Of a stretch of DNA of 52,651 nt, positions 1 to 8,963 are shown piece after piece (positions within the stretch are counted from its first letter, which is position 1; every line of letters begins with the position of its first letter). A program made the position numbers and the translations under genes. This DNA is from an uncultured Zetaproteobacteria bacterium (GTDB taxonomy: Bacteria; Pseudomonadota; Zetaproteobacteria; Mariprofundales; Mariprofundaceae), in contig CAZDJY010000001.1 in the NCBI GenBank assembly GCA_964505835.1, forward strand, positions 1-52,651. Direction: 5' to 3'. The notes below the pieces were generated by a model. That model was not told where the DNA came from. It ran no database searches and saw only the letters and a list, made by a program, of their open reading frames with translations.

Positions 1-42
1 GACGTAATCGCTCAATAGAGCCTGAATATCGATAGAGTCCAT
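1..42 (-). CDS. 5' end of an unidentified gene running off the left edge (first 14 codons, MDSIDIQALLSDYV)
   Basis: ATG at 42-40 is preceded by AAGGAG (53-48) with a 5-nt spacer. Only 14 codons are visible, so no product can be assigned. Confidence 0.3.
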   Translation of the reverse strand, partial: MDSIDIQALLSDYV

Positions 43-49
43 GTTTTCT

Positions 50-183
50 CCTTGTAGTTTTTCAGTACGCCAAGGCAAAAGCGCGGGTTTTCCTTGGCTT
101 ACAAAATCAGGCACTTACGCGCATGATTTTGGCAGGCCATCCATGGCCTGTACGGATGCTCTGACTTTTTCAGAGTATCCTCA
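50..183 (-). repeat. Structured intergenic element, copy A (inverted orientation, lacks the last ~25 nt)
   Basis: The reverse complement aligns with 22394-22528 and 18062-18195 (hairpins H1-H4 and the left arm of H5). It lies downstream of the SDR gene. Confidence 0.9.
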
Positions 184-274
184 GATGCGTGAATCAAATA
201 ATCTGCCGGCGCATTCCAGCAGCTGCAGCTTAAAGTACCAGTGATATATAGCACCGATCTATCGGAAATGGAAA

Positions 275-943
275 TCAGTAGGGTACGACCTGACCGTCAA
301 AGGCGATGAAGGCACCGGGATCGTAATCGCGCGCATGCTCGATCACATTGCACATACCGGCCACTGAAGTCGGCACATCAATCAGCCCTGTGCGGTGAGT
401 CATGTCCGTTTGCACCCAGCCAGGATGCAGGGTGATGACATGGATACCCTGCGGCGCAAGATCAACTGCCATCGATCTGGAGACAATGGTGAGTGCGGCC
501 TTGGCCGCCCGGTAGGCATAGGTTCCGCCGCTTGAATTATCGGTGCAGGAACCCATCTTGGAGCTGATATTGGCGATGCTACTGTTCTGATTCATGCGCC
601 CGTGCAATTGCTGTACGACACGTAGCGGCCCGACGCAATCGATATTGAACACCTCATGCATGGCGGCAGATGTCACTCGGGGCAAGCTTTGGCCGTCCTT
701 GCCCGGGCCGTAGATGCCGGCATTATTGATTAACAGATCGATGTTCTCAGGCAGTTCTCCCTCAGGCTCGTCATCGGAAGCAACATCCCAGCGAATCAGC
801 TGCAGTCTCTCCGATGCGATATCTGCAAGTTCCCCCATATCGCTGCGATAGCAGGCCCATACGTTCCAACCCTGCTTGAGATAATGTCTGGCAAAACCCA
901 GCCCCATGCCGCGGTTCGCTCCGGTAATCACTACATTCATCAT
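275..943 (-). CDS. Short-chain dehydrogenase/reductase (SDR) family oxidoreductase
   Basis: Rossmann motif TGANRGMG, NNAG, and catalytic YRAAK (YxxxK). Start trimmed from 994 to the ATG cluster 943/940 just after GGAGG; the exact ATG is uncertain. Confidence 0.85.
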   Translation of the reverse strand: MMNVVITGANRGMGLGFARHYLKQGWNVWACYRSDMGELADIASERLQLIRWDVASDDEPEGELPENIDLLINNAGIYGPGKDGQSLPRVTSAAMHEVFNIDCVGPLRVVQQLHGRMNQNSSIANISSKMGSCTDNSSGGTYAYRAAKAALTIVSRSMAVDLAPQGIHVITLHPGWVQTDMTHRTGLIDVPTSVAGMCNVIEHARDYDPGAFIAFDGQVVPY

Positions 944-1029
944 GCCTCCCATGGATCGGCAAGTCGCTCGTGATTGGCCGCGACCCGCCTGCACCTGTTA
1001 CTATGCCGCTCATGATAGCCGAGCAAGCC

Positions 1030-1440
1030 ATGCCGCAGCAAAGCCTGAGTCAGCTGTTGAAGGGGCGATGGGTGGATCGCGCCCTGCTATTGCTGGCGCT
1101 ACTTGCCATCGCTATGTCCTGGGTGTTTATCCAGCGCAGCATTGCTGCCGGCCCGCCAGTTGCCGAGATTTACCATGGAGACACCCTGCTGGCGAGTTAT
1201 CGCATACCTGAGCAGGGGCAGCCGTCCATTCATTTTGAGGCGGAAGGAGAGCTGGGTTTGTCCGAGATCGAGATTTCCAGTGAAGGAGCGCGCATGCTGG
1301 CCTCGCCGTGCAGTAGCCAGCGTTGCGTATTGTCTGGTACGCATCATCATGCCGGTGATCTGATTGCCTGCGTGCCGAACCGGATTCTGGTTGCCATCCG
1401 CGGAAGCCGCGATGATCGTTTTGATGCGGTGGTGGAATAG
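1030..1440 (+). CDS. NusG domain II-containing membrane-anchored protein (partner of a Gx transporter)
   Basis: One N-terminal TM (LLLLALLAIAMSWVFI) followed by a ~100-aa domain. The architecture and tight linkage to the next gene match the NusG-II/Gx pair as I remember it. Start uncertain (GTG 970, ATG 1003/1012/1030). Confidence 0.55.
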   Translation: MPQQSLSQLLKGRWVDRALLLLALLAIAMSWVFIQRSIAAGPPVAEIYHGDTLLASYRIPEQGQPSIHFEAEGELGLSEIEISSEGARMLASPCSSQRCVLSGTHHHAGDLIACVPNRILVAIRGSRDDRFDAVVE

Positions 1441-1442
1441 TC

Positions 1443-1976
1443 ATGTCTGAAGTCGTACAACGGCCGCTGTTGGCTGATCTGGAAAGCAAGGCGGTCTGGC
1501 TGGCGTTGTTGATGCTGGCTATCGGTCTGCATGTATTTGAGGCTGCTTTGCCAAGTCTCGGCCCGTGGTTCAAGCCGGGGCTGGCTAATCTGATCACATT
1601 GCTGGCGCTGGTGTGGATGGGGCCGCGTTCAGCGTTGTTGCTGACGGTATTCCGGGTCATCGTCGGAAGTTTTTTTATCGGCACGATGTTCACACCGACC
1701 TTCGTCATTAGTCTGGCCGGAGGGCTAGCCTCAGCATTGCTGATGATTGCCGCCTGGCGCTGCGTGCCCGGCATCAGTCTGGTCGGGGTAAGCCTGCTTG
1801 GAGCGTTGGCGCATATGACAGCACAGTTCATCACCGTTGAGACCTTGTTCATTCATCAGCCTGCTTTGTACTATGCATTGCCGCCGCTTTTGCTGCTCTC
1901 CTGTATCACCGGCTGGATAAACGGGGCCCTGGCAGGTTATATTGCCGGCAAGTTACATGATGATCCTTTCCGATAA
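1443..1976 (+). CDS. Gx transporter family membrane protein (Hpre_diP_synt_I-like)
   Basis: 177-aa polytopic membrane protein. ATG lies 2 nt after the upstream stop with GGTGGA 6 nt upstream. Family assignment is from memory of this family's pairing with NusG-II proteins. Confidence 0.55.
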   Translation: MSEVVQRPLLADLESKAVWLALLMLAIGLHVFEAALPSLGPWFKPGLANLITLLALVWMGPRSALLLTVFRVIVGSFFIGTMFTPTFVISLAGGLASALLMIAAWRCVPGISLVGVSLLGALAHMTAQFITVETLFIHQPALYYALPPLLLLSCITGWINGALAGYIAGKLHDDPFR

Positions 1977-2874
1977 AGCCAAAGACCGCCGTCGACTCGG
2001 CATTTCCCTGATCGCTTCGATTGCGGCGCATGCGCTGCTGACGGTGCTGATTGTGATGGTTCATACGGATCAGCCGCTGCCCAGGAAGAAGGCACCGCAG
2101 ATCATGGATGTGGTGTTGCTGGACAAGAAACAGCCGAACACAGTCAAGCCGCCCAAGGATGCCAGAACGATGTCAAATCGCAGTGCCGTCGGCGGCAGCA
2201 GCAAGGCGCATGACAAAATTACCCGTACCGCCCGAGCGCCGATTGTCGGACAGCAACAACAGAAGCCTCAGCGCCCGACTCCGCCGGCACAGCCGAAAAC
2301 TCCACCACCTTCGCCATCACCGCAGAAACGAACGCGTACACTTGCCAAGCGAGGCCCGTCGCCCGACGACAGCAGGCGTCCGAAACCGCCGAAGAAACAT
2401 AGTCCGAAGGCCGTCCAGACGCCGCCGCGTATCCCGCTGTCGAATCTGATGCCGTCAACCATGGCGTTGGCGCAGCTGTCGCGTGATTTTCAGCGCGAGA
2501 AGCGCATGAAGCAGATGTTGTCGCGCGAGGCGGACATTCCGATCAATACCCGCGAGGCGAAATATGCGCCATATGCGCAGTCGCTGGTGCGTGCGCTTGA
2601 GGAGCAATGGCGGCCCGGCAAGGCCAATTACGAGCAGTTTCCCGAAGAGGCCCGGCAATCGCTGATGAAGATCACCATCGAACATAACGGCGAGCTCGGC
2701 GGCGTCGAGATCCTGCGCCCCAGCCCGATTCCGCAGATCAATGAGAGCGCCGTACAGGCGATCCATGCAGCAGCTCCATTCCGCCCGCTGCCGTCATCAT
2801 GGGGGCTTGATCGGGTCAGTTTCTACCTGACCTTTGAGGTGGTCGAGGATCGTTTTGTCTTCCGCACGATGTAG
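1957..2874 (+). CDS. TonB-like energy transducer
   Basis: N-terminal TM anchor (LGISLIASIAAHALLTVLIVMV), a long Pro/Lys-rich spacer (PPAQPKTPPPSPSPQK...) and a C-terminal TonB-type domain (ITIEHNGELGGVEILRPS...AAAPFRPLP). Start could be TTG 1942, ATG 1957 or ATG 1960. Confidence 0.75.
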   Translation: MMILSDKAKDRRRLGISLIASIAAHALLTVLIVMVHTDQPLPRKKAPQIMDVVLLDKKQPNTVKPPKDARTMSNRSAVGGSSKAHDKITRTARAPIVGQQQQKPQRPTPPAQPKTPPPSPSPQKRTRTLAKRGPSPDDSRRPKPPKKHSPKAVQTPPRIPLSNLMPSTMALAQLSRDFQREKRMKQMLSREADIPINTREAKYAPYAQSLVRALEEQWRPGKANYEQFPEEARQSLMKITIEHNGELGGVEILRPSPIPQINESAVQAIHAAAPFRPLPSSWGLDRVSFYLTFEVVEDRFVFRTM

Positions 2875-3826
2875 CGCCCTGTTGGCCTGGTACAGCGATC
2901 ATGGCCGTGATCTTCCATGGCGACATACGGTTGATCCCTACCCTATCTGGATATCGGAAATCATGTTGCAGCAGACACAGGTCAAAACCGTTTTACCTCG
3001 CTATCAGGGCTGGTTTGACCGTTTCCCATCCATTAAATCTCTTGCCGATGCACCACTGGATGATGTGTTAAAGGCATGGGAGGGACTTGGCTATTATCGC
3101 CGTGCCCGATTTATCCATAGCGCAGCGCAACAGATCATCACCGAGCACGCGGGTATCTTCCCAAAGGATTTCGATGAAATCCTGCGACTTCCCGGCATCG
3201 GACGTTCGACGGCTGGAGCGATTGCATCGTTTTGTTTCGCAGCTTTAGCCCCCGTGCTGGATGGCAATGTGAAGCGGGTGCTTAAGCGTTGGCAGGGCAA
3301 TCTTCATGCCACAGACAAACAGCTCTGGTTGGCGGCGCAGGAAGCGATTAATGCATCCGGCGATGCAGCAAGCTGGAATCAGGCGATGATGGAGCTGGGA
3401 GCTACGATTTGCAGCCCAAAGCGGCCTGATTGCGCTACATGTCCGGTCGAATCTTTCTGCAAGTCGGCCCACGATGTCAAAGCGGGTTCAGAGCGTCGGA
3501 AGTCCGTGCCGGTGCATGATGTGCATTGGCGGGTTGATCTGCATGTTTGTCCCAGGCGGGGGATATGGCTGGTACAGCGCCCCGAGAAGGGCATATGGGC
3601 AGGTTTGTGGACCCCTCCGATGACCAAGCTGGATGCAGTGCCAGATGCGACACCTACCCATATCCATCTGTTAACACACCGCCGTCTGCATCTGTACGTC
3701 GAACGTAGCGATGCGACGCCTGGCGGAGCCGGCCAATGGGTTGCCGATATCGACGATATGGCACTGCCCACTGGCATCCATCGCTTACTGGAAAAGGACG
3801 CAATATCCTATCCATTCATACCCTGA
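2834..3826 (+). CDS. mutY: A/G-specific adenine DNA glycosylase
   Basis: WYSDHGRDLPWR, EIMLQQTQV, HhH-GPD LPGIGRSTAGAI, Fe-S loop CSPKRPDCATCPVESFC, and a C-terminal NUDIX-like domain. Start is a TTG (2834, 2855 or 2882) and is uncertain. Confidence 0.9.
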   Translation: MRWSRIVLSSARCSALLAWYSDHGRDLPWRHTVDPYPIWISEIMLQQTQVKTVLPRYQGWFDRFPSIKSLADAPLDDVLKAWEGLGYYRRARFIHSAAQQIITEHAGIFPKDFDEILRLPGIGRSTAGAIASFCFAALAPVLDGNVKRVLKRWQGNLHATDKQLWLAAQEAINASGDAASWNQAMMELGATICSPKRPDCATCPVESFCKSAHDVKAGSERRKSVPVHDVHWRVDLHVCPRRGIWLVQRPEKGIWAGLWTPPMTKLDAVPDATPTHIHLLTHRRLHLYVERSDATPGGAGQWVADIDDMALPTGIHRLLEKDAISYPFIP

Positions 3827-3885
3827 TCTGAGCCTGTATCAGGCGAATGTGGACCCCTGCAGGGGTGGAAAAACTGGAGGTTAAT

Positions 3886-4296
3886 ATGCTGAACATCGAG
3901 TCGATCAACCATGTCGGTATACGCATTGCGGACAAAGGGCGTTCTATCACTTTTTATCAGCAGCTTGGGTTTGAGCTGCTCAATGATATCGGCTTTGAGC
4001 AGGGGCACCCTGTCATCATGCGCCATCCTTGCGGAGTCGTCATCAACCTTCTTGGGCCTGCCGATGGTGCCGAGGCGCCTAATATCCTGATGGATATACC
4101 TGAAAAACATGCCGGTTATACCCATATGGCTCTGACTGTAGGTTCGCTTGAGCAGGCTAAAACAGTCATGAAAAAGAACAGCATTGCGATCACCGGGGCC
4201 TTTAGCTTTGGCAATATGTCAGCTATTTTCATTCGAGATCCGGATCGCAATGTGATTGAGTTGGATGCCTATGATGAGACTCAGGTTGAGAACTGA
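3886..4296 (+). CDS. VOC (glyoxalase/bleomycin resistance/dioxygenase) family protein
   Basis: INHVGIRI...FYQQLGF N-terminal VOC motif and HMALTV in the second half. GGAGG lies 6 nt before ATG 3886. Confidence 0.75.
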   Translation: MLNIESINHVGIRIADKGRSITFYQQLGFELLNDIGFEQGHPVIMRHPCGVVINLLGPADGAEAPNILMDIPEKHAGYTHMALTVGSLEQAKTVMKKNSIAITGAFSFGNMSAIFIRDPDRNVIELDAYDETQVEN

Positions 4297-4297
4297 G

Positions 4298-5950
4298 ATG
4301 ACGACACACAGCACCCGTAAAACCATGACGGCCAGTATGATATGCTTGTTACTCCTACTGCTGATCCCGTGGCCGGCATTTTCGGCCCCTCTGAAAGGTA
4401 TGGTGGTGGCAGCCCATCCATTGGCTGCCGAGGCCGGAGCGGCAATGCTCAACAAGGGCGGCAATGCCTTCGATGCAGCTGCAGCTACGGCGCTGGCATT
4501 GGGTGTGGTTGAGCCTGGCTCGTCCGGCATCGGCGGCGGTGGGTTTTTTCTATTGTATATCGCCAAACAGGATCGTTATGTGATGCTGGATGCGAGGGAA
4601 ACAGCCCCCCAACTGGCTGGTCACGGCGAGGTTTATCAGGCGCAATCGAGCATTGACGGCCCCCAGACCGCGGGAGTACCGGGGCTGGCTGCCGGCGTGG
4701 ATCGGCTGGTGAGCCGATATGGAAAGTTGAAACGTGCTGACATCACTGCTCCGTCCTTGCGGCTGGCCAAAGACGGATTTGCCGTCAGCGACAGGCTGGG
4801 GGGCATGATCCGCTGGCGTGGCAAGGTGTTCAGCGATGCGGCACGGCGCATCTTCGACCAGTCTCGAGGTGCGATCATCCGCCAGCCCGCGCTGGCTGAC
4901 ACATTGAACCGGTTTGCCAGCAAAGGAGCGGAAGATTTCTATCGTGGCGAAACCGCCGGGCGACTGGTGGCTGATATGCAGCGTGATGGCGGCCTGATCC
5001 GTCTGGCTGATCTGGCCAGCTATAAGGTGCGCGAACGCGAGCCGATAGAGTTCGACTATCAAGGCTATCATTTCGTATCGGCGGCGCTTCCCTCATCAGG
5101 TGGTATGACCCTGGCGCATATCTTCGGTCAGCTGAAGGGCGACGATCTGAAATCCCTCGCGCCCGTTGATCGGGTGCATTTGCTGATCGAGGCCATGCAG
5201 CGCGCCTACCGGGATCGCAACCAGTATCTGGGTGATGCGGATTTCACCCCCATCCCGAAGGATTATCTCGATCCGCTTCGGCTAAAGAAACTGCGCGACT
5301 CGATCGATATGCAGCATGCCACGCCGTCAAACAAGCTGACCGGCTTTGCCGAGCCGATCGGTGCGAGTGTGGATACCACACATTTTTCCATCATCGATAA
5401 GGATGGGAATATGGTCGCGGCTACATTGTCGATCAATTACGGCTTCGGTTCGGGCTATGTGTCCCCCAGCACCGGAATTTTATTGAATGATGAAATGGAT
5501 GATTTTGCCACCAAACCGGGTGAGCCGAACGCCTATGGCCTGGTGCAGGGCAAGGCCAATGCCGTGGCACCGGGCAAGCGTATGCTATCGAGCATGACGC
5601 CGACCTTCGTGCTCGGCCCAGACCGCACATTGATTGTGGGTACGCCGGGAGGCTCGCGCATCATTTCGATGGTGCTGCTGGCCAGTGTCGGCTTCATGCT
5701 CGATGAAACCCCGCCGGACAACTGGGTTAATGCGGCGCGTTTCCATCATCAGTTTCTGCCTGATGTCGTACAGCATGAACAAGGCGCTTTTTCTGCCGAA
5801 CTCGCCGCTGAGTTGAAAAAGCGCGGCCATGTTCTGAAACAAATGAATCGTCAATACGGCAACATGCAGGCGATTCTTGTTGAAAAGGAGCGTGGCAAGC
5901 TGACCGGTATGGTCGATGCGCGTGGCGAGGGTGCTGTAGCGCAACCATGA
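4298..5950 (+). CDS. ggt: Gamma-glutamyltransferase
   Basis: Signal peptide (MICLLLLLLIPWPAFSAP), autoprocessing Thr in VDTTHFSIIDKDGN, and GGSRIIS near the C-terminus. ATG 4298 lies 1 nt after the upstream stop. Confidence 0.9.
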   Translation: MTTHSTRKTMTASMICLLLLLLIPWPAFSAPLKGMVVAAHPLAAEAGAAMLNKGGNAFDAAAATALALGVVEPGSSGIGGGGFFLLYIAKQDRYVMLDARETAPQLAGHGEVYQAQSSIDGPQTAGVPGLAAGVDRLVSRYGKLKRADITAPSLRLAKDGFAVSDRLGGMIRWRGKVFSDAARRIFDQSRGAIIRQPALADTLNRFASKGAEDFYRGETAGRLVADMQRDGGLIRLADLASYKVREREPIEFDYQGYHFVSAALPSSGGMTLAHIFGQLKGDDLKSLAPVDRVHLLIEAMQRAYRDRNQYLGDADFTPIPKDYLDPLRLKKLRDSIDMQHATPSNKLTGFAEPIGASVDTTHFSIIDKDGNMVAATLSINYGFGSGYVSPSTGILLNDEMDDFATKPGEPNAYGLVQGKANAVAPGKRMLSSMTPTFVLGPDRTLIVGTPGGSRIISMVLLASVGFMLDETPPDNWVNAARFHHQFLPDVVQHEQGAFSAELAAELKKRGHVLKQMNRQYGNMQAILVEKERGKLTGMVDARGEGAVAQP

Positions 5951-6336
5951 CAACATGGATTGATCTCATGCGCAAACACTGGCTGCCGACCAGTGCCGTC
6001 CTGCTTGCTGCAATCACTGCATTGTCGCTTTGGCCGCTGGAGCATCTGCCTCCGGTGCCGGGTGGCGACAAGCTGCATCATGCCATTGCCTATGCCGTGC
6101 TTATGTTTCCTGCAGCTCTTCGCAGGCCGCGGCACCTGTGGGCGATCTTTCTCTTTTATCTAGCCTGGAGCGGCTGCATCGAGCTGATTCAACCTTATGT
6201 GCAACGCTATGGCGAATGGCTGGATCTTGCCGCCAATACTGCCGGCCTTAGCCTGAGTTGGTTGCTGGTTTCGCTGATTTCAACAAAGCTCAGATGCGGG
6301 CCTATCCCTGAAGGGCCAGCCAGGCCCAAATGCTGA
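5947..6336 (+). CDS. VanZ-like membrane protein
   Basis: Four hydrophobic segments, DKLHHAIAY and ELIQ motifs typical of the VanZ family. ATGA overlap with the ggt stop. Confidence 0.6.
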   Translation: MTTWIDLMRKHWLPTSAVLLAAITALSLWPLEHLPPVPGGDKLHHAIAYAVLMFPAALRRPRHLWAIFLFYLAWSGCIELIQPYVQRYGEWLDLAANTAGLSLSWLLVSLISTKLRCGPIPEGPARPKC

Positions 6337-6484
6337 TGGTGATGGCGGTGGCAAAGCAGCAAAAGGAAAGAAAAGACATGGCACGCACGACATTCATGCG
6401 TCCCACTTTCCACGCCCGCCAGGCAAACCAGGCGCAAAATGTGCCCATCGGTACGGACAGCAGAATGAACAGCATCAAAATCAT
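6302..6484 (-). CDS. Possible small two-TM membrane protein
   Basis: 60-aa hydrophobic ORF convergent with VanZ and overlapping it by 35 nt. No recognisable SD. Confidence 0.3.
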   Translation of the reverse strand: MILMLFILLSVPMGTFCAWFAWRAWKVGRMNVVRAMSFLSFCCFATAITISIWAWLALQG

Positions 6485-6568
6485 GGCGGCAGGATAGGGC
6501 CTGCATCTCTTTTGCCAAGTTGCGCAGGATGATTATCCTCTCCGGATATCAAGTTACCGGAGAGCCGC

Positions 6569-7015
6569 ATGCTCAAATCATTGAAACGATTATGGAACGA
6601 TGCCATCAGCCAGCCCGAGGCAGGGGCACGGGCGCATTCGCTGGAATTGTGTGTGGCTGCGTTGATGGTCGAGATTATGCGGGTGGACGGCAAGATCGAG
6701 GTGGCCGAGCGGCAACAAATTCTGGAGCAGCTGGAGCAGGCTTTTGAACTCAGCGATCAGGCTTCGGAGAACCTTTTGCAGCAGGCCAGCCTGGTCACCG
6801 ACAAGGCGCTGGATATGCATCAGTTTACCTCGCGTATCGTCAAAGGCTTCAGCACGGATGAGCGGTTGGATATTCTGCAACAGCTTTGGCGGGTGGCCAT
6901 GGCGGACGGGCGAGTCGATCCGTACGAGGAGCAGTTATTGCGTCGGGTGGCCGATCTTCTCGGCATTCACCATCGCCAGTTCATCGAGGCTAAGCTTGCT
7001 GCAACAGACAATTAG
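6569..7015 (+). CDS. TerB family tellurite-resistance-like protein
   Basis: Two TerB-type helical repeats (ALMVEIMRVDGKIEVAERQ; LWRVAMADGRVDPYEEQLLRRVADLLG). GGAGAG lies upstream of the ATG. Confidence 0.65.
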   Translation: MLKSLKRLWNDAISQPEAGARAHSLELCVAALMVEIMRVDGKIEVAERQQILEQLEQAFELSDQASENLLQQASLVTDKALDMHQFTSRIVKGFSTDERLDILQQLWRVAMADGRVDPYEEQLLRRVADLLGIHHRQFIEAKLAATDN

Positions 7016-7020
7016 CCATA

Positions 7021-7052
7021 AAAAAAAAGGGGCTGCGAACAGCCCCTTTCCA
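7021..7052. terminator. Bidirectional intrinsic terminator
   Basis: A8 run, stem AAAGGGGCTG / CAGCCCCTTT with CGAA loop. Read on the minus strand the stem is followed by T8, so it serves both convergent genes. Confidence 0.8.
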
Positions 7053-7070
7053 TTTAAACGAGCGCTTGAA

Positions 7071-7253
7071 TCAGACGCATTCGGCGCGGTATGCGCATTC
7101 CTGAATACCGCAGGTCGGAATCTGCTGGAAACAAGGAGTATTGCCCTCGCTGGTTTGCAGGATGTGAATGATTTCCGGCTTGGTCTTCTTTGAAACGCCC
7201 TTAACGCCCATGTCTTTTGCTCTGGCTAGTAGTGCGGTTTTGGTGATTTTCAT
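7071..7253 (-). CDS. Small Rho_N/SAP-like protein with a four-Cys C-terminal motif
   Basis: The N-terminus (ITKTALLARAKDMGVKGVSKKTKPEIIHILQ) resembles the Rho N-terminal/SAP helix-extended-helix. The C-terminus is CFQQIPTCGIQECAYRAEC. AGGAAG lies 6 nt before the ATG and a strong terminator lies downstream. Confidence 0.55.
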   Translation of the reverse strand: MKITKTALLARAKDMGVKGVSKKTKPEIIHILQTSEGNTPCFQQIPTCGIQECAYRAECV

Positions 7254-7413
7254 TTGTATCTTCCTATGAACCTAAATTTTGTGCGCATATTCACCAATGG
7301 CAATTGAATTGCAAGTGTCATGTTGATGACATGCGCGTGGGTGTGCGATGGGGCAATCAGCTTGCTCCCCGAATCGGCGTGGCAGGCCTCCTGTGGAAGC
7401 TATCGGGCGAAAG

Positions 7414-7827
7414 TCATTGGGCGTCTGGTGGCGCTAAAAGGGGCGGGTGATCGTTCTTGCTGCGCAGATAATTCACCGCCCGGAAAACCGCGGATTTGCC
7501 GATCAGCCAGCATTCCAGACGATATTTGCCGGGATAGTTCATGAGCATAAGTCCGAAAAGTATGGTTAACAGCCCCTGTCCCGGTGTGAACAGCATGATA
7601 AACCCTGCCACAAGTAACACGGCACCAAGAAGATTCTTCAGTATTCGAATCGCTAACTCGGAGGGCCCATCGGGCTTCAGATGCCGGCGATGATGACTGA
7701 AATAGTCTTCCGGGATATGTGCAACGATATAGGGCAGCGAGATAATACTGACGAGGAAACTGAGGATGCCGATAGCGAAGATCGGTGCGGAATAGGTGAC
7801 GGTAAAGTCGAGAATCTGGTCAAACAT
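7414..7827 (-). CDS. PGPGW-type small membrane protein
   Basis: Three to four TM segments with a FTPGQG motif resembling the PGPGW family. Start trimmed to MFDQ (7827). Confidence 0.45.
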   Translation of the reverse strand: MFDQILDFTVTYSAPIFAIGILSFLVSIISLPYIVAHIPEDYFSHHRRHLKPDGPSELAIRILKNLLGAVLLVAGFIMLFTPGQGLLTILFGLMLMNYPGKYRLECWLIGKSAVFRAVNYLRSKNDHPPLLAPPDAQ

Positions 7828-7978
7828 AGCCGTTACTTCAACCGCTTCAGCGCAACTTGGCAAGCGCTGATGGCCAAGGCTCAGGGTCCGATTTATGGTC
7901 AGATGTAGCGCAAGCCGCTATCGTGCTCTTGCGGCGAGGGAAAGCAGGCTTTCCATAGATCGCTCGGGAGAAACACTC

Positions 7979-8950
7979 ATGATATTGCCGAGTATGGCCG
8001 TCATTATCGGATTTGCATGCCTGATCTGGGGAGCGGATCGGTTTATTCACGGGGCGGCGGGCCTGGCGCGTAACCTCGGGGTGCCTCCGATTATTATCGG
8101 TCTGACGATCATCAGTTTCTGCACCTCGCTGCCGGAGATGCTGGTCTCGGCTTTTGCAGCTCTGGATGGCAATAGCGACATGGGCATCGGCAACGCCCTT
8201 GGCTCCAATATCGCTAATATCGGGCTGGTACTCGGATGCACGGCGATGGTGATGCCGCTGGCGGTTCAGTCCATGACGCTACGTCGGGAAATACCGATTT
8301 TGTTTTTGGTGATGTTTCTGGCGCTGGCGTTGATGGCCGATGGCGAACTTGGGCGATTGGATGGGGCAATCCTGGTTGCAGGTTTCGTGCTGTTACTTTG
8401 GTGGCTGGCGCGTATCGGCATCCGCGAGCGTGCCGACCCACTGGTCGATCCATTTGTCGACGAGGCGGCCGAAGCGATTTCAGAGCAGCTTGACCTTCGT
8501 GCATCGGTGATATGGCTTGTGCTGGGCATCACGGTGTTGCTTTTAAGTTCCCGGGCCGTGGTCTGGGGAGCCGTCGAGATCGCTCAGGCCCTTGGCGTAA
8601 GCGATCTGGTCATTGGACTGACCATCATAGCCATCGGCACCAGCCTGCCGGAGCTGGTCGCATCTATAGTCGGAGTACTGAAGGGCGAGGCAGATCTTGC
8701 AGTCGGCAATGTCATCGGCTCGAACATGTTTAATATCCTTGCTGTATTAAGCATGCCGGCACTGATTCACCCGGACTCATTCGCCAGTCAGGCGCTGTTG
8801 CGCGATATTCCCGTCATGTTCGCCTTCACTGTGGCGATGGTCATCTTCGCCTTCGGCTTCAGAGCGTCAGGCGGAATCAGCCGACTGGAAGGCCTTTTAT
8901 TGACCGGAGGCTATTCGCTCTATCTGTATCTATTGTATTTACAGCTGTAG
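7979..8950 (+). CDS. yrbG: Calcium/sodium (CaCA, YrbG-type) antiporter
   Basis: Two alpha repeats (GNALGSNIANIGLVLG and GNVIGSNMFNIL) and ~10 TM segments. GGGAG lies 8 nt before ATG 7979. Confidence 0.85.
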   Translation: MILPSMAVIIGFACLIWGADRFIHGAAGLARNLGVPPIIIGLTIISFCTSLPEMLVSAFAALDGNSDMGIGNALGSNIANIGLVLGCTAMVMPLAVQSMTLRREIPILFLVMFLALALMADGELGRLDGAILVAGFVLLLWWLARIGIRERADPLVDPFVDEAAEAISEQLDLRASVIWLVLGITVLLLSSRAVVWGAVEIAQALGVSDLVIGLTIIAIGTSLPELVASIVGVLKGEADLAVGNVIGSNMFNILAVLSMPALIHPDSFASQALLRDIPVMFAFTVAMVIFAFGFRASGGISRLEGLLLTGGYSLYLYLLYLQL

Positions 8951-8963
8951 ATAGCTCAAAAAA

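Noticed and set aside
41-244. ORFs at 41-244 (+), 17904-18137 (+) and 22080-22478 (+) share a peptide segment (…RPWMACQNQARKC…), suggesting a repeated small protein.
   Set aside because: The shared peptide is just the translation of the repeated DNA element. The frames are not preserved across copies (there is a 1-nt indel), there is no SD, and the substitutions follow base-pairing rather than codon structure.
2108-2449. Arg-rich 113-aa alternative frame within the TonB-like gene.
   Set aside because: It is an alternative reading of the Pro-rich spacer (CCG/CCN repeats read as Arg/Ala). The TonB frame has the TM anchor and the conserved C-terminal domain.
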